From: Chitinophagaceae bacterium | Lineage (GTDB): Bacteria; Bacteroidota; Bacteroidia; Chitinophagales; Chitinophagaceae | Assembly: GCA_017853235.1 (NCBI GenBank) | Contig: JAFMJX010000001.1 | Location: forward strand, 1 to 45,634 | Length of the DNA: 45,634 nt | Direction of reading: 5' to 3' | Shown here: in pieces, positions 9,980-18,981 of the stretch | Position numbering within the stretch: position 1 is the first letter of the stretch | Layout: each line of letters begins with the position of its first letter | Translations under genes and position numbers: made by a program | Notes under the pieces: generated by a model | What the model saw: only the letters and a program-made list of their open reading frames with translations | Databases searched by the model: none | Told to the model about the DNA's origin: nothing

Positions 9980-10456
9980 ATGAAAAAAATTAAACTAGGT
10001 AAAGAGCAGGCTATTCAAAGGATACGGCATTTTTGTGCTTATCAAGAAAGGGCCCAACAAGAGGTGCGTGACAGGCTCTATGAACTAGGCATGACAAAAA
10101 GCGAAGTAGAAGAGATTTTATCCGATTTAATCACCGATAATTTTTTAAACGAAGAACGTTTTGCCATCCAATTTACAGGAGGTCACTTTAGAATCAAGCA
10201 ATGGGGAAAGTTAAAGATTCAACACGCCCTACAACAAAAGCGAGTAAGCCCTGTGAATATCAAAAAAGCCCTCAAATCCATTGATGAAAATGAATATGTA
10301 AAAGTCATGGAAACACTTGCCACCAAAAAATGGAATAGCCTCAAAGGCGAAAGGGGTATAAGCAGAATGGCTAAAACCCAATCTTTTTTACATCAACGCG
10401 GTTTTGAGCCGGCTCTTATGCAATCCTTTTTGCAACAATTACATAAGGGTAAATAA
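9980..10456 (+). CDS. recX: RecX regulatory protein
   Basis: CAYQER..EV, FLNEERFA, WGKLKI..L..K, L.QRGF. Confidence 0.9.
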   Translation: MKKIKLGKEQAIQRIRHFCAYQERAQQEVRDRLYELGMTKSEVEEILSDLITDNFLNEERFAIQFTGGHFRIKQWGKLKIQHALQQKRVSPVNIKKALKSIDENEYVKVMETLATKKWNSLKGERGISRMAKTQSFLHQRGFEPALMQSFLQQLHKGK

Positions 10457-10499
10457 TAAATGAATATTGTATCTTTATTTCAAGCTTAAATAATTCATT

Positions 10500-11300
10500 T
10501 TGTCGTCACTTAAATTTACCATCATACAAACAGCCCTTCATTGGGAGGACAAAGGAGCTAATTTAGATGCACTATCTAAAAAAATTCTTGGTATTGATGA
10601 GCCTACCGAAATTATTGTATTACCCGAAATGTTTACAACCGGTTTTAGCATGAACCCCACCTTGTTTGCCGAAACCATGGATGGGCCTACAATTGATTGG
10701 ATGCGTCGTTTGGCTGCAGTTAAAAAATCAATTATCACAGGATCGTTAATGATGGAAGAAGAGGGTAAATATTATAATCGCTTAATTTGGATGTTACCCA
10801 ATGGCGAATTGGGTTATTATAATAAAAGGCATTTGTTTGCTTTCGCAGGCGAAGACCAACATTATCATGGGGGTCAAAAAAGATTAATTGCAAGCGTGAA
10901 GGGTTGGAAAATTAATTTACAAATATGTTATGATTTACGTTTCCCCGTTTGGGCCCGTCAACAAAGGGATGAAGATAAAGAAAGCGAGTACGATGTTTTA
11001 TTATATGTTGCTAATTGGCCAGAAAAAAGAAATCATGCTTGGAAAACTTTACTTACCGCAAGGGCAATCGAAAACCAATGCTATACTATTGGCGTAAATC
11101 GAGTAGGCTTAGACGGAAATAATATCATGCACAGCGGGGACAGTATGGTGGTGGGGCCCTTGGGAGAAATCTTATATCACTGCGCTTACGAAGAAGATAT
11201 TTTCCATATCACATTACAAAAAGAAGATTTGATAAAAACGCGGGCTCAATTTCCATTTGGGAAAGACGCAGATGATTTCAAAATATTAGATCCTTCTTAA
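10500..11300 (+). CDS. Nitrilase-family amidohydrolase (YafV-like omega-amidase)
   Basis: E-K-C triad: LPEMFTTGF, YNKRHLF, ICYDLRFP; TTG start. Confidence 0.88.
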   Translation: MSSLKFTIIQTALHWEDKGANLDALSKKILGIDEPTEIIVLPEMFTTGFSMNPTLFAETMDGPTIDWMRRLAAVKKSIITGSLMMEEEGKYYNRLIWMLPNGELGYYNKRHLFAFAGEDQHYHGGQKRLIASVKGWKINLQICYDLRFPVWARQQRDEDKESEYDVLLYVANWPEKRNHAWKTLLTARAIENQCYTIGVNRVGLDGNNIMHSGDSMVVGPLGEILYHCAYEEDIFHITLQKEDLIKTRAQFPFGKDADDFKILDPS

Positions 11301-11345
11301 AATTGAATTCATTTTTATACAACGGCTCCTACACTATTTTACAAT

Positions 11346-12428
11346 ATGACACAAACCATTTCAGCACAAGAATTATTTAATGGGGAACGATGGCTTTCCG
11401 AAGTAGCAATAGAAATAAATAATGGGAAAGTGATCAGCATTAAAAAAGATGGATACGATCATAACAACGCATACCCTCTTGTAGTTCCAGCATTAATAGA
11501 CTTACAAATTTATGGCGCCTACGGAAAATTGTTGTCTGAGTTTCCCGAAGCGGCTACCATTCAAAAAATATATGACTATTGTTTGGCGGGCGGGGTTGCT
11601 TATTTTCAACCCACGCTAGCAACACAAAGCATAGACGTAATTTTAAAATGTATTGACGCAGTAAAGTTCTATAAAGACGCTGGTGGTAAGGGTTGTATTG
11701 GATTACACATTGAAGGGCCATGGATTCATCCTGGGAAAAAAGGGGCACACCAATCCAGTCTTATTCACGCTCCCTCCATGGAGGAGGTGCAAAAAATTTT
11801 AGATTATGGTCGGGGCTATATTACTATGATTACTTTAGCTCCTGAAATAGTAGACGAAAAAATAGTTGCATTGATTGCTAATAGCGGAGTGGTCATATCT
11901 GCAGGACACACCGATGCGACTTACGAACAAGCTATGCATGCTTTTGATCATCATATTCCAGTTGCTACACATTTATTTAATGCAATGAGCCCTTTACAAC
12001 ACCGATCTCCTGGTGTTGTGGGTGCTGTCTTTAACCATAAAAGGGTGATGAGTAGTTTGGTGGCAGATGGTTATCATGTAGATTTTAATGTTATAAAAAT
12101 TGCCAAGAAAATAATGGGGGAACGTTTGTTTTGTATTACAGATGCGGTCACCTCAACCGCTTCGGGCCCCTATCAACACGAATTAGTTGGAAATAAATAT
12201 GAAAGTGCGGGGACCTTAAGCGGTTCAGCATTAACACAACTACATTCTATTCATAATTTGGTAAACGAAGTGGGTATTGAATTAGGAGAGGCAGTTAAAA
12301 TGTGTAGTGTATATCCAGCACAAGTGATGCACAAAGAAGGTATAACAGGAAAAATAGAATTAAATAAAAACGCCGACCTGCTTTGTTTGTCGGCGGATCG
12401 GCGTTTACTTAAAATTTTTACTGCTTAA
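11346..12428 (+). CDS. nagA: N-acetylglucosamine-6-phosphate deacetylase
   Basis: GLHIEGPW, KGAH, TLAPE, GHTDA, THLFNAM, DGYH, ITDA. Confidence 0.9.
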   Translation: MTQTISAQELFNGERWLSEVAIEINNGKVISIKKDGYDHNNAYPLVVPALIDLQIYGAYGKLLSEFPEAATIQKIYDYCLAGGVAYFQPTLATQSIDVILKCIDAVKFYKDAGGKGCIGLHIEGPWIHPGKKGAHQSSLIHAPSMEEVQKILDYGRGYITMITLAPEIVDEKIVALIANSGVVISAGHTDATYEQAMHAFDHHIPVATHLFNAMSPLQHRSPGVVGAVFNHKRVMSSLVADGYHVDFNVIKIAKKIMGERLFCITDAVTSTASGPYQHELVGNKYESAGTLSGSALTQLHSIHNLVNEVGIELGEAVKMCSVYPAQVMHKEGITGKIELNKNADLLCLSADRRLLKIFTA

Positions 12429-13463
12429 TCATTTTCCAAAAGCATTCCATCCTTGGGCTGTGATATCAAATACATTTTTTCCTTTGGTAATAATTTTTGT
12501 GCCCTCCTCGGGATCACACATATATCCTATCACACTAATTTCTTCTTGAAGTGTTATTTTATCGTAGTCGGCCTGCTTCATGGTAAACAACAATTCGTAG
12601 TCTTCCCCTCCGTTCAACGCGCATACGGTGGGATCAAGGCCAAATTTAAATGCAGCCGCTTTGCTGTCTTCGTGAATAGGAATTTTTTCTTCATAAATTC
12701 TACAACCCAAATTACTTTGTTTACAAAGATGTAACACATCACTACTTAAACCATCACTTACATCCATCATGGCTGTAGGAATAATTTGTTGTTGTTCGAG
12801 TATGTCTATAATATCTTTTCTTGCTTCTGGTTTTAACAATCTTCCTACGATATAATCTTCGTTTTCGAGAGTGGGTTGTACTTGGGGATTTTCTAAAAAT
12901 ATTTTCTTCTCTCTTTCCATTAATGTGAGCCCTAAAAAAGCGCCGCCCAAATCACCTGATACACATATTAAATCGCCACTTTCGGCAGTGCTTCTTTTAA
13001 CAAACTTATCGGGAGCCACTTCTCCAATGGCAGTTACAGAAATAATGAATCCTTTTTGTGAAGTAGAAGTATCTCCTCCTATTAAATCTACACCATATAA
13101 TTCGCAAGCTCGGTTAACCCCTGCGTAAAATTCTTCTAACGCTTCTAAACTAAATCGATTGCTAAATGCAATGCTCATGGTGATGTGTGTAGGTTGCGCA
13201 TTCATCGCAAAAATATCACTCAAATTCACTATCACCGATTTGTATCCTAAATGTTTTAAAGGCGTATACATTAAATCAAAATGTACTCCTTCAACTAATA
13301 GGTCCGTTGTGATGACTGTTTGTTTTCCAAATTGATCTATTACAGCAGCATCATCTCCTATTGATAATATGGTTGATGCATTTTGTATTTCACAATTTTC
13401 GGTGAGATGATTTATCAAACCAAACTCTCCTAATTTTTCAATTTCAGTTCTTTCTGTAGACAT
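12429..13463 (-). CDS. thiL: Thiamine-monophosphate kinase
   Basis: GEFGLI, IGDDAA, EGVHF, NLSDIFAM, GGDT, DVSDGL, GGEDYELLFT. Confidence 0.95.
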   Translation of the reverse strand: MSTERTEIEKLGEFGLINHLTENCEIQNASTILSIGDDAAVIDQFGKQTVITTDLLVEGVHFDLMYTPLKHLGYKSVIVNLSDIFAMNAQPTHITMSIAFSNRFSLEALEEFYAGVNRACELYGVDLIGGDTSTSQKGFIISVTAIGEVAPDKFVKRSTAESGDLICVSGDLGGAFLGLTLMEREKKIFLENPQVQPTLENEDYIVGRLLKPEARKDIIDILEQQQIIPTAMMDVSDGLSSDVLHLCKQSNLGCRIYEEKIPIHEDSKAAAFKFGLDPTVCALNGGEDYELLFTMKQADYDKITLQEEISVIGYMCDPEEGTKIITKGKNVFDITAQGWNAFGK

Positions 13464-13471
13464 AAAAAAGT

Positions 13472-14248
13472 TTAAAGTGATCCTCCATTAATAACGTCTT
13501 GTAAGGAGGTGTGAATTTTTCCGTTAGTCGCTATAATACCCGGCTGGTAAGGGCTGTAGGGGTTACCTTTTAAATCGGTTACCTTTCCTCCAGCTTCTTC
13601 CACTATTAAAAAACCTGCCGCACTATCCCAAGCTTGTAGTTTGTGTTCATAAAATCCATCAAACCTTCCTGCAGCAGTCCAACATAAATCTAACGCTGCG
13701 CTTCCTAAGCGTCGAACCGGAATGGCCTTTCGAATTAATTTTTCAAATATTTGTAAGGGTCCATTTTCGGTATCTAAATATTGGTATGGAAATCCCGTTA
13801 CCAAACAACTGCTTAAAAGATCTGACTTATTACTTACTTGTATTTTTTGATCATTCAATGTGGCACCCTTTCCTCTTTCGGCAATAAACATTTCGTTCAT
13901 AAAAGGATTGTATACCGCGCCTAAGATCATTTTGCCTTCTTGTTCTACACCAATACTGACACAGCAAATGGGTATCCCATTAGCAAAATTTATAGTTCCA
14001 TCAATGGGATCTATAATCCATTTCGTAGAGGAGGCAGTTGGCATTGCACCTGTTTCTTCGCTTAAAATAAAATGATCGGGATGATTGTTTTGTATTACAC
14101 TAAAAATAGCTTTTTCGGATGCATGATCTGCTTCTGTTACCAAATCGTTAAGTGTGGCTTTGCTTGCAATCGTAAAGGTTCCGTTAAAGTATTTTTTTAA
14201 TTCGGTTGCGCCGGCTTGTATTGCTTGTAAAAGTGTACTTTTAATCAT
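13472..14248 (-). CDS. suhB: Inositol monophosphatase family protein
   Basis: DLVTEAD, WIIDPIDGTINF, GSAALDL, WDSAAG..EAGG. Confidence 0.9.
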   Translation of the reverse strand: MIKSTLLQAIQAGATELKKYFNGTFTIASKATLNDLVTEADHASEKAIFSVIQNNHPDHFILSEETGAMPTASSTKWIIDPIDGTINFANGIPICCVSIGVEQEGKMILGAVYNPFMNEMFIAERGKGATLNDQKIQVSNKSDLLSSCLVTGFPYQYLDTENGPLQIFEKLIRKAIPVRRLGSAALDLCWTAAGRFDGFYEHKLQAWDSAAGFLIVEEAGGKVTDLKGNPYSPYQPGIIATNGKIHTSLQDVINGGSL

Positions 14249-14252
14249 ATTG

Positions 14253-14260
14253 CAAAAGTA
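14253..14260 (-). promoter_or_regulatory. -7 element (TACTTTTG) 4 nt before suhB ATG
   Basis: Minus strand TACTTTTG-CAAT-ATG; divergent TATTTTTG at 14286-14293 serves the GH3 gene. Confidence 0.6.
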
Positions 14261-14327
14261 GGTTCGTTTGCTCGAATAACATTCCTATTTTTGCGAATAA
14301 ATGGAAAAAGATAAAACGATTGTGTAG

Positions 14328-15848
14328 ATGCCGATTTTTGAGATTAAATTACCAAAGTCCGTTCATAAAGCGTTAGGTCTTCCCCCAAGAAGCCCTAAGA
14401 GAGCACAGTTGCGCGTATTAAAAAAGTTGATGCGCCGCGCGCGTTACACCGCATTTGGTCAGCAAAATAAATTTGATCAAATTTTACAAAGCAAACATCC
14501 CGCCAAGGTTTTTCAACAATCCGTTCCTGCTTATAATTATAATAAAATTTATAAAGAATGGTGGCACTTAACTTTAAAAGGACAGTCTGATATTTGTTGG
14601 CCGGGAAAAATTAAATTTTTTGCACTCAGTAGTGGTACCAGCGAAGCTGCGAGTAAATATATTCCGGTGACAAACGATTTGTTGCGCGGAAACAAAGTGA
14701 TTATGATTAAACAACTTATTAGCTTGTTTAATTACCAAGATGTTCCATTAGCTTCCATTGGTAAGGGATGGCTTACATTGGGTGGTAGTACCGATTTACA
14801 AAAGGGACCAGGATATTATGCGGGTGACTTAAGTGGCATCACCGCAAAAAAAGCGCCTTTTTGGTTTCAGCCATTTTATAAACCTGGTAAAAAAATTGCC
14901 AAAGAAAGAGATTGGAATAAAAAGTTAAAGGAAATTGTAGAAAAGGCGCCGGAATGGGATATTGGTTTTATTGTTGGGGTTCCGGCCTGGATTCAAATGT
15001 GTATTGAAATGGTAATTGAAAGATATCAATTGAATAACATTCATGAAATTTGGCCCAATCTTACCTTTTTTGTCCATGGTGGCGTAAGCTTTGAGCCCTA
15101 TAAACATGGATTTGAAAAATTATTAGGAAAGCCCTTAGCATATGTAGAAACATATTTGGCTAGCGAAGGTTTTTTAGCATGGCAGGACAAACAAAACGCA
15201 AAGGGAATGCGACTTTCGTACAATCAGCATATCTTTTTTGAATTTGTTCCCTTTGATGAAAAAAATTTTGATGCAAATGGAGATATGGTTGAAAATCCGG
15301 AAGCCTTGTTGATTCACGAGGTGGAAGAAGGGAAAGATTATGCTTTATTAATTAGCACTTGTGCTGGTGCTTGGAGATATTTAATTGGTGATACAGTCAA
15401 GTTTGTTAATAAAGAAAATGCTGAAATTGTAATCACAGGAAGAACCAAACATTTCTTAAGCTTGGTAGGAGAACATTTGAGCGTAGACAACATGAATAAA
15501 GCAATACAATTAGTAAGCGAAGAAATGAACATTTCAATTCCGGAATATGGTGTGGCGGGAGAACCCGTAGGTACTTTTTTTGGACACCATTGGTTTGTTG
15601 CAAGCGAGGAGGTCGTAGATGCAGAAAAGCTTGCGCACGCAATTGATGAAAAATTAAAAGAGTTGAATGACGACTATGCTATTGAAAGAAATAGTGCCTT
15701 AAAAAGTATTCGTGTGACTGTATTAAAAGAAAACACTTTTATGTCCTTTATGGAAAGCAAGGGAAAAGTAGGTGGTCAACATAAATTTCCTAGAGTATTA
15801 AAAGGAAGTGTGTTGGAAGATTGGAAACAATTTATATTAAATCATTAA
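14328..15848 (+). CDS. GH3-family (acyl acid-amido synthetase-like) adenylating protein
   Basis: GH3 motifs SSGTS, YLASEG, YLIGD; C-terminal GGQHKFPR. Confidence 0.88.
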   Translation: MPIFEIKLPKSVHKALGLPPRSPKRAQLRVLKKLMRRARYTAFGQQNKFDQILQSKHPAKVFQQSVPAYNYNKIYKEWWHLTLKGQSDICWPGKIKFFALSSGTSEAASKYIPVTNDLLRGNKVIMIKQLISLFNYQDVPLASIGKGWLTLGGSTDLQKGPGYYAGDLSGITAKKAPFWFQPFYKPGKKIAKERDWNKKLKEIVEKAPEWDIGFIVGVPAWIQMCIEMVIERYQLNNIHEIWPNLTFFVHGGVSFEPYKHGFEKLLGKPLAYVETYLASEGFLAWQDKQNAKGMRLSYNQHIFFEFVPFDEKNFDANGDMVENPEALLIHEVEEGKDYALLISTCAGAWRYLIGDTVKFVNKENAEIVITGRTKHFLSLVGEHLSVDNMNKAIQLVSEEMNISIPEYGVAGEPVGTFFGHHWFVASEEVVDAEKLAHAIDEKLKELNDDYAIERNSALKSIRVTVLKENTFMSFMESKGKVGGQHKFPRVLKGSVLEDWKQFILNH

Positions 15849-15849
15849 G

Positions 15850-16494
15850 ATGTTGGCGCCAGTTATAAAGGGGGTTTTGTTAGGATTGATATTAAGCATT
15901 TCGATGGGGCCTGTTATTTTTGCCATCATAAAACAAAGTTTAACAAAGGGAAAAACAGCCGGTTATCTTTTTGTAGCGGGGGTGTCTGCAAGTGATATTA
16001 CCTTATTATTTGTATGTAATGTTTTTGCAAGTTTATTTGTGATGATATTAGACCACAAAGCTTTGGTGGCCTTGTTGGGTGCGGGTTTTTTGTTGCTAAC
16101 GGGTCTTTATACTTTATTCTTTAAAAAAATTACGCTTCCTGTTATTGATGCAGACAACGAACCCACTTATCGAAAAAGAGATTATGTTGGCATGTTGATG
16201 TCGGGGTTTGCAATGAACACGCTAAATCCAAATGTTTTTTTGTTTTGGTTTGCGTGGACCGCTGCCATTGGAAGCATTGCTGCAGATGCTGCCCATCCTA
16301 TACAATACAAACTATTGGTTTTTGTGCCTTGTTTAGTTGTATTGTTGTTGTCTGACTTATTGAAAGTGGCGCTTGCAAGTAGATTGCGCCCAAAACTTAC
16401 CGAGAAAAATTTGGTTTGGATTAACCGCATTTCTGCAATGATCATTTTGATATTTAGTGCCGCGTTGTTTGTTAGTGCACTTCAATATACTTAA
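15850..16494 (+). CDS. LysE/RhtB-family exporter
   Basis: N-terminal GP motif, G..SD, NTLNP..FW; about 6 TM segments. Confidence 0.85.
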   Translation: MLAPVIKGVLLGLILSISMGPVIFAIIKQSLTKGKTAGYLFVAGVSASDITLLFVCNVFASLFVMILDHKALVALLGAGFLLLTGLYTLFFKKITLPVIDADNEPTYRKRDYVGMLMSGFAMNTLNPNVFLFWFAWTAAIGSIAADAAHPIQYKLLVFVPCLVVLLLSDLLKVALASRLRPKLTEKNLVWINRISAMIILIFSAALFVSALQYT

Positions 16495-16512
16495 AAGTTG
16501 TAAATTGCTGTA

Positions 16513-17067
16513 ATGAATAAAAAATTTAGCATCCTATTGTTCTTGTTGTTGGGCTTTGTTTTTATATCAAATGCACAAAACGGGCATCTGGTTTTACTAA
16601 AAGACCGAGGAGTTACCGTGCGTTCTTTTTCAAAAGGAGATTATATCAATTTTCAATTTAGTAGTGGGCAGTGGATCACGGGATACATTGATTGGATTAA
16701 ATCAGATACCATTCAGGTAAATCAATTTGCATTACAAAAGGTAATCAACGGCTTTGGGTTGTTGGGCGAAGACACTTTAAGATTGGGACGACTTCAACTA
16801 CACATTAACGAAATTAAAGCATTCGCGAAAGATCGCGGACACTTTAAAAGCGTGTTTACGAATGGTATCTTTTTGGAAACCGGGGGGCTAATGTATGTTG
16901 GATTGAATTTAATGAACAGCACTCTTAAGGGCGACGCTGTTTTTGGTGAAAATAATATTCCAAAATTAGTGGGGGGGGTGGTCGTATATGGAATAGGAAG
17001 GTTGATTCAAAAATCAAATCCAGATTATCGACCCATAGGAAAACGTTTTAGTGTTGAAATCTTATAA
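16513..17067 (+). CDS. Hypothetical exported/membrane protein
   Basis: Signal peptide ending SNA-Q, beta-rich N half, two Gly-rich hydrophobic segments; fits the operon gap. Confidence 0.7.
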   Translation: MNKKFSILLFLLLGFVFISNAQNGHLVLLKDRGVTVRSFSKGDYINFQFSSGQWITGYIDWIKSDTIQVNQFALQKVINGFGLLGEDTLRLGRLQLHINEIKAFAKDRGHFKSVFTNGIFLETGGLMYVGLNLMNSTLKGDAVFGENNIPKLVGGVVVYGIGRLIQKSNPDYRPIGKRFSVEIL

Positions 17068-17076
17068 GCCCGCATT

Positions 17077-17769
17077 GTGTTAAAAATAATTTACCGAATT
17101 TTTTTATACTTATTTTTTTCATCCTTATTGTATGTGGTGATCTTAAAATTTGTAGATCCCCCTATTACAGCTACACAAATTACCAACGCATTTGGATTGG
17201 GTTTGCACCGCGACTATATAGATTGGAGGGAGATGTCTGATAATATTAAATTGGCCGCTCTTGCTAGTGAGGATCAGTCGTTCACAGATCATAGCGGCTT
17301 TGATTGGGACGCTATTGAAAAAAGCTTAAGGCCAAAAAAGAAAAAGAAAAAATCTAAAATTCCTTTGGGTGGTGGTGCAAGTACTATTACACAACAAACC
17401 GCAAAAAATGTTTTTTTATGGCAGGGTGGTCGATGGGATAGATACTTGCGAAAAATTCCAGAGTTTTATTTTACTTTTTTAATAGAATTGGTGTGGGGGA
17501 AGCAAAGAATTTTAGAAGTGTATTTGAATGTAATTGAAACGGGGCCGGGTTGTTTTGGGGTGGAAGCCGCGGCACAACACTTTTTTCATAAGTCAGCAAA
17601 AAATTTAACGAGGGAGCAGGCGGCTATGATTGTGGCTGGTTTTCCTAATCCAAAAAAATTTACGGCCGTTCCTATGACGGGTCGTGTTGCCTGGAGATAT
17701 CCTCAAATTTTAAGAGAGATGAATAATATTCAATCGGATGAAGATGTCATAGCGTTGCTAAGAAAATAA
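17077..17769 (+). CDS. mtgA: Monofunctional peptidoglycan transglycosylase
   Basis: GT51 motifs SEDQSF..H.GFD, GASTITQQTAKN, RKIPE, RILEVYLN; N-terminal TM. Confidence 0.93.
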   Translation: MLKIIYRIFLYLFFSSLLYVVILKFVDPPITATQITNAFGLGLHRDYIDWREMSDNIKLAALASEDQSFTDHSGFDWDAIEKSLRPKKKKKKSKIPLGGGASTITQQTAKNVFLWQGGRWDRYLRKIPEFYFTFLIELVWGKQRILEVYLNVIETGPGCFGVEAAAQHFFHKSAKNLTREQAAMIVAGFPNPKKFTAVPMTGRVAWRYPQILREMNNIQSDEDVIALLRK

Positions 17770-18297
17770 ATGTGCCTCTATGATTTTGATGGCATTTTTT
17801 GTTCTTTCTTCTCCCATCCCAGAAACAATTCCCCATGGTGTTGTTTGGTTCATTAAAAGATCTTTATAAATCGCAAACAATTCGGCGCGGGGTTGAGGGT
17901 CGGGATACTCTCTCATTTCATCTTTGGCCCAGGGTAGGTCAATATCACACAACAAATAGAGATCGTATTTTCTTTCATTAATTTTTTCTAAAATAAAGGT
18001 GTGTGCATTTTGAAAAACATATTCACACCAAACCTTCATAACATACATATCGGTGTCAACAACGAGCGTGTTTTTTTTATTTTCGATAGATTTTTGTGTC
18101 CACTCGTCCTCCAGTGTTAATTGTCCATTCGCAATTGTTAATAAATCTTCGTAATTATATTTTAATCCGTTTTCGGTTAAAAACTGGCGCGCATATTCGG
18201 GACACTGAAAAACATTATAATGTTTGGCAAGCGCTTCGCACAGTGTTGATTTACCCGTAGACTCTGGACCCAATATGACTATTTTTTGAAGCGCCAT
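17758..18297 (-). CDS. NadR-type kinase domain protein (AAA_28; putative ribosylnicotinamide kinase)
   Basis: GPESTGKST, EYAR, DTD, YDLYLL..DLPW..D..R; follows pnuC. Confidence 0.82.
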   Translation of the reverse strand: MALQKIVILGPESTGKSTLCEALAKHYNVFQCPEYARQFLTENGLKYNYEDLLTIANGQLTLEDEWTQKSIENKKNTLVVDTDMYVMKVWCEYVFQNAHTFILEKINERKYDLYLLCDIDLPWAKDEMREYPDPQPRAELFAIYKDLLMNQTTPWGIVSGMGEERTKNAIKIIEAHLFS

Positions 18298-18307
18298 TTT
18301 TACTGTT

Positions 18308-18937
18308 TTAATATTGAATGCTTTTTTTAGACTTCTCGTTCCATGATTTTAATCCTGCAATTGCCAACACGAGTAACACTAAAAACTGAACGCTTGTAAA
18401 AGCATAGCCTTTGATAAAATATAATGGTATGGACGCGATGTTGGTGAGTATCCACCATATCCAACTTTCCACTTTCTTTTTAGCCATCAGCCACATTCCA
18501 GTGTATGCGGTTGCACTTGCAAAAGCATCTGCCCACGGTATTGCTTCGGGTGCAAAATTTGTTTTTAAATATGTCAAGGACAAAAAGATAGCAGCATAAA
18601 AAATAGAAAAAAACAAAAGTTGATACACCCAATCTTTCCTGCTGCTTTTTGTAATGTGTAAATTAATTGTTTTTTGTTGCGGATCTACTCTTGTCCACAA
18701 ATACCATCCATAAACACTCATGATGGAATAATATAAGTTTACGCTTGCTTCGCCCAACAAATTTCCTTTCACACTTATATATATGTATATTAATGTGTTT
18801 ATGAGCCCTATGGGATAAACCAAAACATTTTCTTTGCGACTATACCAAACGGAAGCAATTCCTGCGATCACGGCTACCGCTTCTAGGGGAGTCGTTAATA
18901 ATAAACCCTGGTATATTTCTGTTAACAGGCCGCTCAT
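18308..18937 (-). CDS. pnuC: PnuC-family nicotinamide riboside/vitamin transporter
   Basis: YGWYLW, DA, WLMAKKKVESWIWW..N signatures. Confidence 0.9.
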   Translation of the reverse strand: MSGLLTEIYQGLLLTTPLEAVAVIAGIASVWYSRKENVLVYPIGLINTLIYIYISVKGNLLGEASVNLYYSIMSVYGWYLWTRVDPQQKTINLHITKSSRKDWVYQLLFFSIFYAAIFLSLTYLKTNFAPEAIPWADAFASATAYTGMWLMAKKKVESWIWWILTNIASIPLYFIKGYAFTSVQFLVLLVLAIAGLKSWNEKSKKSIQY

Positions 18938-18981
18938 TTAAATTATGGTGCTAGGGTTCAAAAATATATTATTTCAATGAG

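Noticed and set aside
18938-18981. Vitamin riboswitch ahead of pnuC (or thiL)
   Set aside because: Gaps are only 44 bp and 8 bp and no TPP or other aptamer motif is seen.
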